DNA from: Phoronis australis
Lineage: Eukaryota; Animalia; Phoronida
Direction of reading: 5' to 3'
Length of the DNA: 64,000 nucleotides
NCBI GenBank assembly: GCA_002633005.1
Contig: NMRA01000084.1
Location: forward strand, 713,267 to 777,266
Shown here: positions 47,641-60,892 of the stretch, one piece after another
Layout: each line of letters begins with the position of its first letter
Numbering within the stretch: the stretch's first letter is position 1
Made by a program: the position numbers and the translations under genes
The notes under the pieces: generated by a model
Database searches by the model: none
The model's input: only the letters and a program-made list of their open reading frames with translations
What the model was told of the DNA's origin: nothing

Positions 47641-49347
47641 CAGTTCCCTAAATCGTGAACTCGTCATGACGACACAATTAATGGTTATTATCAAGTTCCG
47701 AAAGCACTTGTCTAATTGGCCAGTGCTGTTCAGAATTTGCCAATGCCAACAGGCTAGCGCAAGCATAGGGAAGCTAAGGTTATTGTTTGCAATCGGACTC
47801 CACTAACTCTCAAATCACCTTACATCGAGTTTTCTTACAAAAGTTTCTTAGAACATGTTATCAAAAAAATTAGTATTTTGTACTTTACGAACATTCTACT
47901 AAATCATATAAAACAAAAAATTGTAGGTTTGTGTAAGTCACAGAAAATTAACAGTAGAAATTTGTTCAGAAATTCATATTCTCTGTGTACGTCCGTAACA
48001 CCCCTTTATAGGAAATTTTTCAAAGCCAGATAAAAACATAAAAAAGTTGATGCATGCTTTGATAGCAATATATGTGAACTTACAATCGATGTATTGATTA
48101 TTTTCCTAGGCTGAAATTTTTTCACAACTGATCAAAATGTTCTGTGATTGTACATCCGTCACAAATGGAATTGCCCAGTGATTGAATAATTAAAAAAGAA
48201 ATCATTGTTTGGGCACATGTTCTTGAAATCAGGATGGATATGTTGCTGTTTTGATTGTGACCCTGTGTTTTAATGTTGCAAGTTCCTAAAGTAAGTTGAT
48301 AATAGTCACATACATGGCTCCACATTTGAAGATTTCAATAAAAGTTGGCCCCTAATGGTGCTCTTATTATGAAGTAACTTGGAATTGCAAATGACCCCCA
48401 TCACTGGCATGCATCTGGACGTGAATGGTTTGTTATCTGTATACTTTGTTCGATAAAGATTGATAAAAAATCGCTTTTCGAGTTGAATGATCGTTTTTGA
48501 AATGTCTTTCAAAACAAGCTTGCTGTGATATTCCTGGAATGCGCTTTTGTGCCATTAGCACATAAAAATAAAATAAAATGGCTCAAGTACATTGCAGCAG
48601 TCTGCCCCCAGGCGCCTCTTTTAAAACACAATCACTCTTCCATAAATGCAAGATTCTAGTCATCTTACAGCAAGTCCATTTTTATTCTACCACAGCTTTT
48701 AACATTTATATTTGCAGTTCTGTTTGTGAATTGAATTTAGACAGTGTAAATTCTTCGGGAAAACGTGTTTACATACAAAGCACGATGTTGAGTAGTGAGA
48801 ATCATGCTTGTACAAGAAGTATCGTACAGTTGACGTGCTATGGCTACAGACTGAAAATCTGGCTGTGCCGACAGCATATAAATTGTGATAGGGTGTCACA
48901 AACGAGGTCATGACTGGCATAGTCGTGAACAGAGTTGCATAGACAAAGCGATCAATTGTAATGCTTCATCCTAGGGTACTGACAATTCTGAAAGAAGCAC
49001 TTTATTCCAACATGACTGATTACAATGGAATGATATATAACATCAGAAATTAATGAATAAGTAACACAACATAAAAATTCCCCAGTCTCGCTGTAAATTA
49101 GTCGCATTTCTTTGCTGTTTTTTTTTTTTCTTACGTCGTGATCTGCTAGACCTAGTCCACCGCTGCGCAACAGTGTTAGCATCGCGATCGTTTGCATCGC
49201 TAGCGGCACAAACACCTATTGACAATCAGACGTCCGGGTTACTGCAAATTCAAAATGGCAAACTGAAATATTTACCCAACTCGCGAATTGCGATTTGGAC
49301 ATCTTCTTAATGTCGGATGCTGCTTACGTACGTCTTGTTTTCAGATA

Positions 49348-49504
49348 ATGGCTACATCGGGTCCAGACATTGAGAGACTCCGCCTTGACTTTTGCTCAAT
49401 GATACTGCGAGCCAAGGGTGCCACAGTGGCCCACTTTGTGGCCTGGCTGGACCTCAAAGTAGCCGAGTATAAAGTGTACGGTCACATGATTCTCACTAAT
49501 GAAG
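49348..49504 (+). CDS. First coding exon of the zinc-finger/multi-isoform gene (helical N-terminal module of unrecognised family)
   Basis: tgttttcAG acceptor at 49343-49344, ATG in ataATGG context, MATSGPDIERLRLDFCSMILRAKGATVAHFVAWLDLKVAEYKVYGHMILTNE, and a phase-1 donor G|GTATGT. Confidence 0.7.
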
Positions 49505-52218
49505 GTATGTGAATTGAACTCCTGGTCATATCTTTGGCATGTGTGTTTAAAGTTTGACTTGTTTATGTTTTGACTACTTATGTTTGCATTCCATTATGTA
49601 TTGGAATTTTACTAATTTGGTATCACCCATACCATGAGCTTTCCCCAAGAACCAGGTTCTTGAGCTGCACACAATCCGCTTTGGCCAAAACTGTCTTTGT
49701 GATCGTTACATTCAGTTTGTCAGGTTAACTATTACATGCTGTAATATGTCATAGGTACCACTCTGTAACTGTGTGGTTGTTGCTGTTATCTAAAGAATTT
49801 TTAAGTTTGGGTTGTTGAATAAAGTTGATCTGTAGCCTTAAAATGATGGAACAGCCAGTTTCTGTCTTCTGTGCATTTTCAGTGTTCTCCACTACGGGAA
49901 ATTAAACTCGACTTGAATTATAAAAGTGAAAGGATCATTTGAAAGTCCATGTCCGTATTGTGGGGAGCTTTTTGTGTGTGTTAAGTCTTGTAATAAATGT
50001 ATTTAATTGCTACCAAAAATACAAAATGTTGTAATTTACTGAAGGTGACTAATCTTCCAAAAGTTCAAACTTGTTGCACAGATTTTCAAACTCAACGCAA
50101 GTAAGCCAAACTCGTCATGAGAAAATCTTAACTCGACGTCGTGACAAGTCAAAATAGACTCTCACTTCTTATTGAAAAATAACTGTAAAATTTTTACCAA
50201 TATTTTTCAATATGAAGTGGGAATAGTCACATTGAGATTAAATATCCACAATTCTGTGCAGAAAACTGTGAAAATAGATTAATTATAATCATGCAAAAAT
50301 ATGTTATTAGAAAAACTAAAGTTTTCATCAAAAATATTTTTGAAGTAAGGAAAAATTATATTTATTTATGATCACTTTTATCTCGGCCTTCTCTTTCTGG
50401 TCTTCTTGCAATGCACGTACACTTGTCTTTTCTTTTTTGTATCATGTATCTAAAGTGACTTATAAGCCCCATGGATGGCTGGGTATTCATAGTTTTTGTA
50501 ACGTATTCATTGTTTAAATTCATTTGAACACATGTCACTATAATAAAAAATTACTTACTTTTACACAAGTGTTTAAAAGCGTACAACCCAGCGCTGCTTA
50601 TGCTAAGTTAAAAGGCTCGATAGTAAATGTTCAAAGGTTTAACTTCAGCTCTTAAAGGCAGGCGCTGACGAAAAACAGCGTTTTATTTTAATTCATTAAC
50701 ACGAACGTGTGCTACATGGAGTTGGCGAATGCTTGATCACTTTCCTCCGAATATTTCAAGAAATTGGTGAGTTGTTTTGTTTTGTTTTTATGAACTATTT
50801 GCAATATACGTGCTTGTTAACAAGTTATTTTATAGTCGATGGGATTCATTAGCGTTGGCCCTTTGACTAGCAGTCTCTCACTGTGATGTATCAGTGTGCA
50901 AAGGAAGACCCCAGTTTTCTTTTTGTTACAATTTTGGTCTTAATGCATTGCAATTACTTGAAAATATATTTGGGCAATGGCTAACAAAGTGTACATTTTT
51001 AATCATGCTCTAACTGGTACTTACATGCTCAGACTGTTTTTCCCCTATGTTTTTCTTTCAAATAATTCATCATTGGGTGTACACAATTTCTGTTGCCAGT
51101 GTTCACTTGGTAAAGTTGACGATATGAAAGGAGTACAGTGCTGCTCTCGATATGACTATAACCTGCATCAATGGTAAAGTTTACTCAAATTTGAACAGAA
51201 CAAACGGCCAAAATTTTCATTTTTGAAACATTCACTGTATTGCCAAAATGTTTAAGATTTCGTTGTGTATTTGTTGATGACAGCCGTATATAAAAACCAG
51301 TAAAATTCGGATATAATACAATTTATTGTTCGCCATATTGTGTTCTAATATAAACATACTTTACCATATACCATGGTATGTTTATTCTGTGGTGTGTGTG
51401 TTGGTCTGAGCTGTACCAGTTCTAAGTATTTCCTTTTTATGATTCGGACTATTCAAGTGATGTTTTTATCTTCAGTGTGCAAGTACCAGTTAAAGTTCAT
51501 TGTTTCTCATTGTTCTAACATTAATTTAAAGCCCCATACAGTGTTAAGGAGGTCAAGTCAACTTCGCCAACTTCAAAATAACACGGGTCATGTTTATGGC
51601 ATCACATAATGCTGCAGGAGCAACTAATGAACTCCATGCTGTAAGCATGTAAAAGCTAAGTTACCTCTTGAGATTTTTTATTTAAACAGGTAAGATAGTG
51701 CTGTATGTGGCTTTAAATTTGAATGTCGTCACTGTTGCAATTTTCAAGTTAGTTTTAAAGCAGACACTGGATGTGTGGTTATTTTGCACAGAAATACTGC
51801 ATTCATGTCTGGGAGGCTAGTAGTGGCACGTATGAAGACCATGTGTGGGTTTTGAAACTGAGCATCTGTTGGTGGTGGTGCATTCTTGTGGCGGAGCAAT
51901 GCATAGGCAAACTAAAACTGACCCATGATTTCAGACTGCAAGTTGACCCTCAGCAGCGACCTTCTGAAGTGAACCTGGTTGCCATTGTTATTATTCATAC
52001 TAAGCATTACCTAAGAGTAGTAGGCGTGACAATGGATTTTGCTGAAATTTATTTTCTGTCTTACAACAATGTCTTCCTTTACAGGTGAACCTTGTGTAGA
52101 GAGGTTGTCACCCTTAGTCTTGTAGTTGCTGTTTGCTAAACTTAAAAAATAACAGTTAGCATGAATGTTACAGATTTGAGTTTCCTTAATACGGTAGCAC
52201 CCATTTTGCTTTTTTCAG

Positions 52219-52290
52219 TACTGGCACCACCTTTGAGTGTTAACGAGGAATACTCTGTGGGTGGTTCTGCTCTCAATATCAGTGACACCG
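52219..52290 (+). CDS. 72-nt phase 1-1 exon A
   Basis: tttttttcAG ... G|GTAAGT; (V)LAPPLSVNEEYSVGGSALNISDT. Confidence 0.75.
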
Positions 52291-52641
52291 GTAAGTATGT
52301 GTTAATGTATTCAAATCTTTTTGAAGCTCTGTGTGAAGCATAACTCCTATGTCGAAATGGAGTGATAATGAGGCTTGCACATCTTGCCTGCCATATGACC
52401 AGTGTTGAACTAATATTTAGTGTGCACAAGCTCGCCTAGTCCCAGTCAGTATGACTGTTACATTGTTTGCTCTTCCAATTTTCTACAATAGCAGTGTGCT
52501 GCATGGAGCTCATGGGCAGTATTTTTAACTGTTTCAAATCTTATTTGCCATTTGAGCCTCTGGGAGTTCGCTATCACTTTAAAAAGAAAATTTTGATGCC
52601 TTATATTCTGTTGATAGTGACGCTACGTCCTTTCTTTTCAG

Positions 52642-52713
52642 TGGTGGAACAAACTGTGTCTTTTAACCCAGAATTCCCCTCTGGTAGTTCTGCTCTCAGT
52701 ATTGAAAATGAGG
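52642..52713 (+). CDS. 72-nt phase 1-1 exon B
   Basis: tttcttttcAG ... G|GTAAGT; (V)VEQTVSFNPEFPSGSSALSIENE; similar to exon A. Confidence 0.75.
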
Positions 52714-52992
52714 GTAAGTTTTATTTCAAAATTGAATGCTAAAGCTTGTGGCATGCTAGTAAACAAATCTCAGTTATATCACTGATAGTTGACTGGATTA
52801 TATAGTAAATGAAAGTTTTCATTGATAAAATACTTTAGAATTGATACAGCTTGGTATTTCTGATTGTAGGGAATGGTTTAGATTTTAGTTTTTCTTGTTT
52901 CAGGTCTGAAAATGAAGTAGTAATGCTGTTTGACTCAACTGCATTGTTTTTATATTGTTTTTATTTCATTCATTTATCGTTTTTTGGCACAG

Positions 52993-53064
52993 GTTTGTTG
53001 TGCTCCTCTGTGACCACGGATAGTACTGGTCATCCGCAAAGTTCTGTTACCCAGAAAGATGAAG
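52993..53064 (+). CDS. 72-nt phase 1-1 exon C
   Basis: tttttggcacAG ... G|GTAAGT; (G)LLCSSVTTDSTGHPQSSVTQKDE. Confidence 0.7.
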
Positions 53065-53765
53065 GTAAGTTATGCTTTCAGCTGATCTTCAGGCAATTAT
53101 GATTAATACACAACTCGTAGCTCTTCTTAGTTTTATGCTGCAATAATCAAAAGCTAAACGATCTACATGAGTAAAATATTGTGAGGATAAAATCACCGCT
53201 TGGTTTACTTGTTCGGGATCAAACCAATGTGTTAGAAATGAAGTTGACATTCATAAATATGTTTGTGGGGTACCTCAACGGTGTCTTATTAAGAATGTTG
53301 TAGCAGGAAATTAATATGTAAATGCATTTCTATCCAACTAAACTGTTGTTTGCAGAAACAATTTTCACATAGTAAAATTTAGACACTGTTGTGAATGTTG
53401 ATAACATTTGACATTTGACCTTCTCAAAATAGTTGTGAGTACTGTCGGTGTACTGAGAGATAGATAGCTTTCCATATGTAATGCCTTCGTTTAGTGAGAT
53501 TGCGTATGCAATTGACACTTGGCAGTCTCAAATTTTGATGCACAAGACAGGTCAATTGCACAAGTCATTTGAGCATTCCACTGATTGTGCAAATTCTGAA
53601 CTGCTTCAAATCTCAGTAAAAACTTCAGTTCAAGATGAAAACATTGCGTCAGATTTGAAAGCCCCTGAACTTGATTTATTGGAACTCACAGCTGACAAGT
53701 GACTGTATTTAAAATGGTTGCTCATTGTCATAACCTGCAATATAAAACATTTATTTTTTGCTCAG

Positions 53766-53918
53766 TTGATGCTGAAGAAGATCTTGACTTAACTGATTAT
53801 AAAGTCAATGTGGATAGTTCTGAGAAGCCCTTTTGTAATGAGGACATAGCTGATGTTAGTGTTACTAAAGACTTGGACAACACTGGTGACCCGACCGTGC
53901 CCACTGCAGTACAGCGAG
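53766..53918 (+). CDS. 153-nt phase 1-1 acidic linker exon
   Basis: ttttttgctcAG ... G|GTAAAC; (V)DAEEDLDLTDYKVNVDSSEKPFCNEDIADVSVTKDLDNTGDPTVPTAVQR. Confidence 0.75.
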
Positions 53919-54215
53919 GTAAACAATGTTGGATATAAATAATTGCCAAAACTATTGTTGTTAGTATTTTGTGAAGGAACATAATTTTTCAAAACATTGA
54001 TTGGTGTTAGCTATGTTACGTAAATTGATTGTGAAAAGGCATTAATTTGGAACTGTGTATCTGTCATGATCATTCTGGAAATTTTATTTCACCATGTTGT
54101 GTCCTAACTTACATTTGGGCTTTCTTTTGGCTATTTGGTGCTGCTTCAGAACAGTGTATCAGCGATGTAGTACTGGTCTTAGAACCACGTCACCAAAACA
54201 ATTCCTTCTTTTCAG

Positions 54216-54811
54216 GTCCCTTTCCGTGCACTGACTGTGGCAAGATATTCCAAACCAAGAGTGGATTGACTCGCCACAAGCGTGAACACATTGGTATTTA
54301 TCCGTACAGTTGCGAAGAATGCCAGAAGGGTTTCCATTCGGCCACAAATTTGACCAATCACCAGAGGACCAAACATGGAGAAAAGAAATTTCAGTGCCCA
54401 GTTTGCCCTGCCGAGCTCAGCTCGGAAGCGGGATTAAGACGACATGAACTGCTCCATAGTGATTGTGTCAGTGTGTGTAAAATTTGCTCCAAAAGTTTCA
54501 ATTCAAAATATTACCTATCAAGGCATATACTTACGCACACCTCATCATTTAAATGTCCATCTTGTCCCAAGGTATACACAAACCCTGCCCACTTGAAAGT
54601 TCACATGGCTGTGCACGAAGAGCGTAAAATAACTTGCAAATATTGCTCGTTTTCGTCAGTTTATGTGAACAGTGTGAAGCGTCATCAGAAAAAACACGAG
54701 AAGGGACCAAGGTTATTGTGTATACGATGTGGTAAGGGGTTCACAAGAAAGGACATGCTGGACAGACACAGGTTGACATGCACTGCAGTATTGAAGTGGT
54801 CAAAACCCTAA
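54216..54811 (+). CDS. Terminal exon encoding six C2H2 fingers plus one C2HC finger (373 aa if all upstream exons are used)
   Basis: ttccttcttttcAG acceptor in phase 1 and seven tandem CxxC-x12-H-x3/4-H(C) motifs, e.g. FPCTDCGKIFQTKSGLTRHKREH. The first 56 aa of the listed ORF are probably intronic. Confidence 0.92.
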
Positions 54812-57560
54812 GTTTTCATTGATGAAGTGCTAGCAGTTTTCAAAAACTAGTATTTTTACGCAGTTATGCGGGACTTATATTGGAATGAGTGACCAAGTAC
54901 ACTTCCATACCAATATTGTACATTACAATCTTCTGCTGGCTCACGAAGGAAATTATCAAGCGCAATGAATTTGTATACCACGAATCTCATTGTTTACGTT
55001 TATTACATATGTAAAAAAAAGTTCATTGGACTTTGAAAAAACAATTGTCGTCTTCCGTTATTGATATAAGTCATTCAATGATTGACCTCATTTGAAACAC
55101 CATTTCCATGTTCTCATTCGTGAGGTCTACGTTCCAACATTTTACAGTTTCAATGTGACGTGTAGTTTCCCTTTTAGCAAATAGTAGGTGGTATAGGTCA
55201 GATGTCGATAATCATTGCTTTGAGGCTATTAATGTTGATGAATGTGGTCCTTGCTTTTACTGATTATGAGAAAGTTATGATATTAAGTGTTGCATTTGAT
55301 GTAAAATGTTACTTCTCATTATATTATGTTGTCTGAACTGTAAGTTTCAATACACGAGTTCATGGATTTTGTTTATTTGTCATTATTTTGCTTTCAATTC
55401 CATCTTCCAGTATTGGGGTCAGAGCTTTTTATCATTTTTATATGATCTTAAAACAGCTCTAATATGCTATGGTGTTTGGTGACTATCATGTGGCATGAAA
55501 CCGAGGCTCCTCAACATGTAGTAGTTTTGTGCTGCCTCTGAAAGACTTGGCAACCTACTGCTTGATGAAAACATTACGTGCTTTTAAGAAATCACAAGAT
55601 CATTCAGGGATAACTGTCTTCATAACATCCTGGGGGAACTGGCAGATTGGAAGATTTTCTGCCATGAGGAACCCCATATTTGGAGTCCCCAGGAGACATA
55701 ATCGTGTGATTAGTGCAATGGTCCTTGCCTTGTGGCTTGAGCGCAACTGGTGCGTGGTAAAAGGCTTCAGGCCGCCTGCCTGCTGTTTTTAAGTGAACTG
55801 TATTTGGGACTATATTAAATTGACTTGTCAGAATATTACAAGTCCATCCTACTGGTTGTAATGTAAATCAACTGTACTCTGCTGGAAACCCTGCTTGATC
55901 TCTCGTGATTGACTTAAGAATTCGCCACGGTCTCAATAAACCAGATCATATGACTTTTAAGAGCATACCCCAGCTCCATTACTAAAAATTTCTCTGTGCC
56001 AGCAGCTGACAAAAGAGCTGGCAGAAAAATGAATAGCATAATATCACAAAGCTGATCTTATGTGGTGCTTGCTGAACGCCCATCCATCCCATCCATCTGG
56101 CGTCCTCTTTGAAGTCTGGAAAACCCCTTGAGTGTTCGTGAAAATTTGCAGACAAGCTCCTGTTTTGGTCGTAACAATTTTAATCAAGTTGCGAACGTAT
56201 TCGGCTACCTGTATCCCCTGATCACAATTTTAGACTTTACATTGGTCTTGGTATCAACAGAGCATATGTTCTTCACTCACTGCTAATCTCTAAAACAAAA
56301 TGGAGATCACTGCTTTCATTGTAGCAGCCTTAAGAAGGGCACTTTTGCGAAAGATGTTGGAATTTTCATGGTTACTGTGAAGCTACTTATATGTAATTGA
56401 ATCATTGGTTGAAATCCTTTAAAAAACTGATAGATTTTGTTTGCACAACATCTTTTCTTTGTTTTAGCGGTTTTAATTATTTGTCCCATTTACTGGATTT
56501 TTTGTGTCGATGGGTTTGAGTACCTCGACTCCTAGCATTGTGTCTTTTACACAAAAATTAGTCATTGATATGTTTTTCTTTAATACATTATTTTGATGCC
56601 CCACCAGTGTTATGAAATAAGAAAAATTGTGTAACCAATTTAGTTTTTGATTCTTGTGGCTCAAACTGCATTGCACAGGAATGTGCCTAAAGTGCAAGAC
56701 CATTGGTTACACATGTGCTCGTATGCCTATTCGTCTGTTAAGTTTGATGCCAGTGTGAAATATATTTTTGTCTTGCAAAATCAACATTAAACTCTGTCAA
56801 ACCTAAACGAAAAGGCATTATCGGAGAGAATATAATTTTTTTTGTAATGCACCCACATATTTCTATGTGGGCGCTTTATGCTGTCATCCCTGTCCGTTCA
56901 TCAGACATCTACTGCTCTTGTCTCCTAAACCCTTTTTATGTTCATGAAATTTTTGTTCAAAAAAGTATATATCATTTGCATAAGTTCTTCATTTCGCGAT
57001 CCCTTGGGAACCTTAAGAAACTTGGCACTTTGCACTTTCGTTCTGAGTTTGGACATGAAATAGTGGCAGTTTGCCGACTCTTCACACGGATTTTGTGTCG
57101 AGCTCTGTACCTGTACACAGATGGTGCTAGTAGTGAGTGGATTGAAGTCGACTATTCTGTGTAACTGTTGTATTGTAGGTGTCAATTGATTTTGGTGACC
57201 TTGACCTCTCCAAAAACTACTACCAAAATGTAACTGGCCGTAACTTGCTCCTTACTTTGAATACCCTAGAATTGAATTCTGGACTTGGAGAAGATTTGAC
57301 GGTTTGTAATTGTTTGAGAACATGCTCAAAAAGGTGGCTTGATATAGTGAATCATTTTATGAACGAGCCACAGTCTCAAGTCAAATCAAATGTGTCCGTT
57401 ATTTGAAAACCCTGAAATGACTTCTAATCTTGGGAGTGTGAACACAGAACATGTTCTGGACGGTCGGTGCCATCAGTTCAATGTCCCATCTTTGTTGAGA
57501 AATTGAGTGACTCCACTGATTGCTGAAGTGTCTATTTGTAAATTTACACCTTATTTCCAG

Positions 57561-58077
57561 ATAGTGACTCACAGCCCAATTGGCAAGATTCATCCGGCGA
57601 CCCGACTTCTTGGCCAGTTGGTGAACAGCCTGATTATGGAGACCAGGGGTCAGAATATGATGATCAAGATCCCCTTGGAGCACAATCTACATACACGCCT
57701 CCTAAGAAGAAAAGCAGATCTGACAGTGCTCAATCGGATGCTTTGGATCCAGGCAACATTACATTTCCAGATTCTCAAACACCCGCCATTGCGGGTGACA
57801 TGACAGACATTAATGCTAGCAGTGGCCCTTCTGGAGATGAACATTCGTTAGTAGCAGATATCAAACCAAAACTCGAACCCAATCCCGACCTTGGCTTTCC
57901 GATCCAAACATTTTCAGCTAGTTCTCCCGTCATGCCCGCCATGCCTCCAGCTATGACATCAGGAAGCGTGAGACCTTTCATGTCTTCCCCAAGAGGACGT
58001 GGCAGTTCAATGAGAGCCCGAGGTGCTACTATGCGTGGTGGCATGCGAGTGTCCATGCGTGGCCGCGGAGGGATCAG
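57561..58077 (+). CDS. Internal exon (phase 1-2): acidic/disordered region, NLS-like PPKKKSR, RG/RGG-rich tail; probable alternative branch of the 49348 gene
   Basis: ttatttccAG acceptor, 517-nt open frame (D)SDSQPNWQDSSGDPTSW...PPKKKSR...IKPKLEP...RGRGSSMRARGATMRGGMRVSMRGRGGI, donor AG|GTATGT. Confidence 0.75.
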
Positions 58078-60845
58078 GTATGTTGGGCATATGAAACTAT
58101 ATTCCGTCACGTGAATGTGCTTTCTAAACATTTTAAAATATATTTTTAACCAAGAGGGCCATCCCAGTTACACAGCAACACTCGAATCTCACTGTATTTA
58201 CCCACAGTGCTGCAATATTCACCATGCCAATGGAGTTCCACTGATGTTAGTTGTTGTTATATTCTTTACACGGTTTTCTTGGCTGTATTCGTCCTTCCTA
58301 TGCCATCAAAGTTTTACTGCAGTGGTGTGCGCTGCAGTTCCAATGGGATTAAGTTAAATAAACTAGACAAAAATCCGTGGATGCGTAATGTGTTCAGTTC
58401 ATTGCCTTCCCGACATCAATAAAGATAAGCAAATGCGGTTTGAGTAGATGAAGCAAGTTGGTTGGGTGAATTTTGAACTGAGGAGAACCCCATTTCTCGA
58501 AGATGGGCAATTCCATTTGTTACCAACGTACAATCACAGCATTTCGATCAATTTTGAAAAAATGTCCACCTAGTAATATTGGTAATACATCAGTTGTTGG
58601 GTCTCATTGATTACTTTCAAACCATGTATCAACTTTTCGCCTATCTTTTTATCTGACGAGAAAATTGCCTTGAAAGGTGTGTGACGTACGTACGCAAAGA
58701 ATTTGAGTTTTTGAAAACAAAATTCTAACATTAATTTCGTGTGAGTTGCGTGAAGTTACGATTTCTTTTTTGTATGATGATTTGATGGAATGTTTGTAAA
58801 GTACAAGGTACTAATTTTTTGGTGGTGTCTTCTTAGAAATTTTTGTCAGACAACTCGATGTTAGGCGAGTGAGTGTGATGGACAGACGTGAAGGACATAC
58901 GCTCTGAATTTCTAGTAAATTGTTTGTTATGGCCAAGTTAATTCGGAGTACTTCAAACCACATTATTTAAGCTGTATTGGGTCTTCTGCTACTGATTCAG
59001 TATTTTTTTAATCAAAATACGCTGACTGGCCTTTTGCACAAAATCAACACCTGAAATGAGCCTATGCTGGGAATGTGCTCTAGTATTTAATTTAACTTTT
59101 CAACACATTTGATTAATGATATGAAACAAACTCCTAAAATCCTCACTTCTTTTCAAAGATGGTAAACAATTTGGATGGGAATAAGAGTGATAATTATTTT
59201 GTATTTGACACTTGTTAGTAATCAGGAAAACTGTTTTTTATGCAAAGTAGTAAGTAAACGTGACCATCCAAAATCTAAAATGTGAAATGAAGTTTAAAAC
59301 GTTACTAATCATCGTAATAAAATTAATTATTAGTTTTTTAAATAGGGCTTGCCCCCAGACTTCACAGGCTGGGCCATGTCGCTGATAGTTATGATGCATG
59401 GCCATGTTAATAATAACTTAGGTAATGCTTTAAAAGCATTAGTAACAGGAATATTCTTATAAGAAAGTGAAGCAGACATGGTAAAGTTAAGGCTTCATGT
59501 GGTTGCGCAAATTTGATAATATAGTGAAATGCCCATAATATTAGCATTATTTATGACAATAATTATCAAAACACATAAAAATCGGGGTAATTTTTTTGGG
59601 TCAAGTGACCTTCAAGAATGAGTTCATATAGGAAAAATTTGAAAGTAGTGAAATTCAAATATGGTTCTTGAAACTGGAGAGACTTGGCTTTCAGAGGAGG
59701 CCAGAAATGTTATTGTAGTCACAATTTTAATTTTTTATGTCTCTAGGTTGACCTTTTCGTGGAATTGCCCAGATACTTTTCAATTCTAGTACTTTTTAAA
59801 TGGTTGAACTGGAAATATTTCCACAGTCAAACACCGTGACGGTTTCCGACATGATCTTTGAGAATAGGCTTGACATTCCAAAACTATGTCAATGAAAACG
59901 CTGCGCTTCCTTACTCCCTTGACAAAGGAAAGTTGTATCGGTGTGTAATCATGGACAGCCATATTATAGTGGGTTCCACTGCCATCAAGTGAAGCTGAGA
60001 TACTTGTTCTACTCTTAGGAACCAAGCTGTATCTTTAAATGTTTATGTTCAAAATCTGTTCAACTTGATTGTCGGTATAAGTCCCCATTTCTTTGTATTA
60101 TTGTGCCCGTAACAACATTTAAAGTGGCAATAGACCATGTTTTGTCAACGAAACTAAATAAGTGGTCATTTAGTCCACTTACCGCTATAATGGTGTAGAC
60201 TTATTCTTCGCTCAAATGAGAAAGGATTTTTGGTCTTGCAACAAACTGAAATTTCGTTATTGCTTGTGATCAGGCTTAGCAAATAAAATAACATGCTGTG
60301 TCAAAACTTGCCTCAAGCATTAACAAACTGTTCGCATATCAAACACGCTTGGATTACAACAGAAAGTAAACGGACAAAAGTTGGAAGTGTGCAGCAAACA
60401 TAGGGCAAAGATGGAATATGAAACATGCCTCCTGTCCATCCAATCGTCTCCATTCTTCATTTGGGGAAGGAATTGAGTTAGAGATTGATTTGAATGGTGC
60501 ATATTTTTATGGAGAGAAATCGTGGAAGGTATATGAGTAATTTTTTGAGAACGGAGTATGGTGCAACATTTTTTCTTTTGCCATAGACAATATCAACGGC
60601 AGTTTTTAGCGACCTCAGATTTTGTTTGGTGACCTGGGACTTTCACTCAGTCGCATTTGGTGACTTGGCCTTGGGCTAAGCATAGAGCTCTCGGTAGATA
60701 ACAGATGTTCCCCTGTTGTGAGCTTTTGGACATAAAGCGTTACTCGAGAAGCATTTATTTAGACTACTTGCTGACATCACAACTTGTCGTGGTCAGAATT
60801 TCCAGTCTCTTAAACAAATCTCTACTACATGTTTTTTCGTTGTAG

Positions 60846-60892
60846 GATGCCCTCCACGAAGCCTGCTGTGCAGATGCCAAGACCAATGCCAG
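60846..60892 (+). CDS. 47-nt exon (phase 2-1) continuing the alternative branch
   Basis: ttttttcgttgtAG ... G|GTCAGT; (R)MPSTKPAVQMPRPMP. The phase matches the 58077 donor and the Met/Pro/Arg composition matches the preceding exon. Confidence 0.65.

Noticed and set aside
55500-57406. Coding-like stretches, including an F-box-like CSKRWLDIV in 57179-57406
   Set aside because: Frequent stops, and the acceptor at 57178 is open only in phase 0, which does not fit the neighbouring phase-1 exons. Probably decayed repeat or intron.
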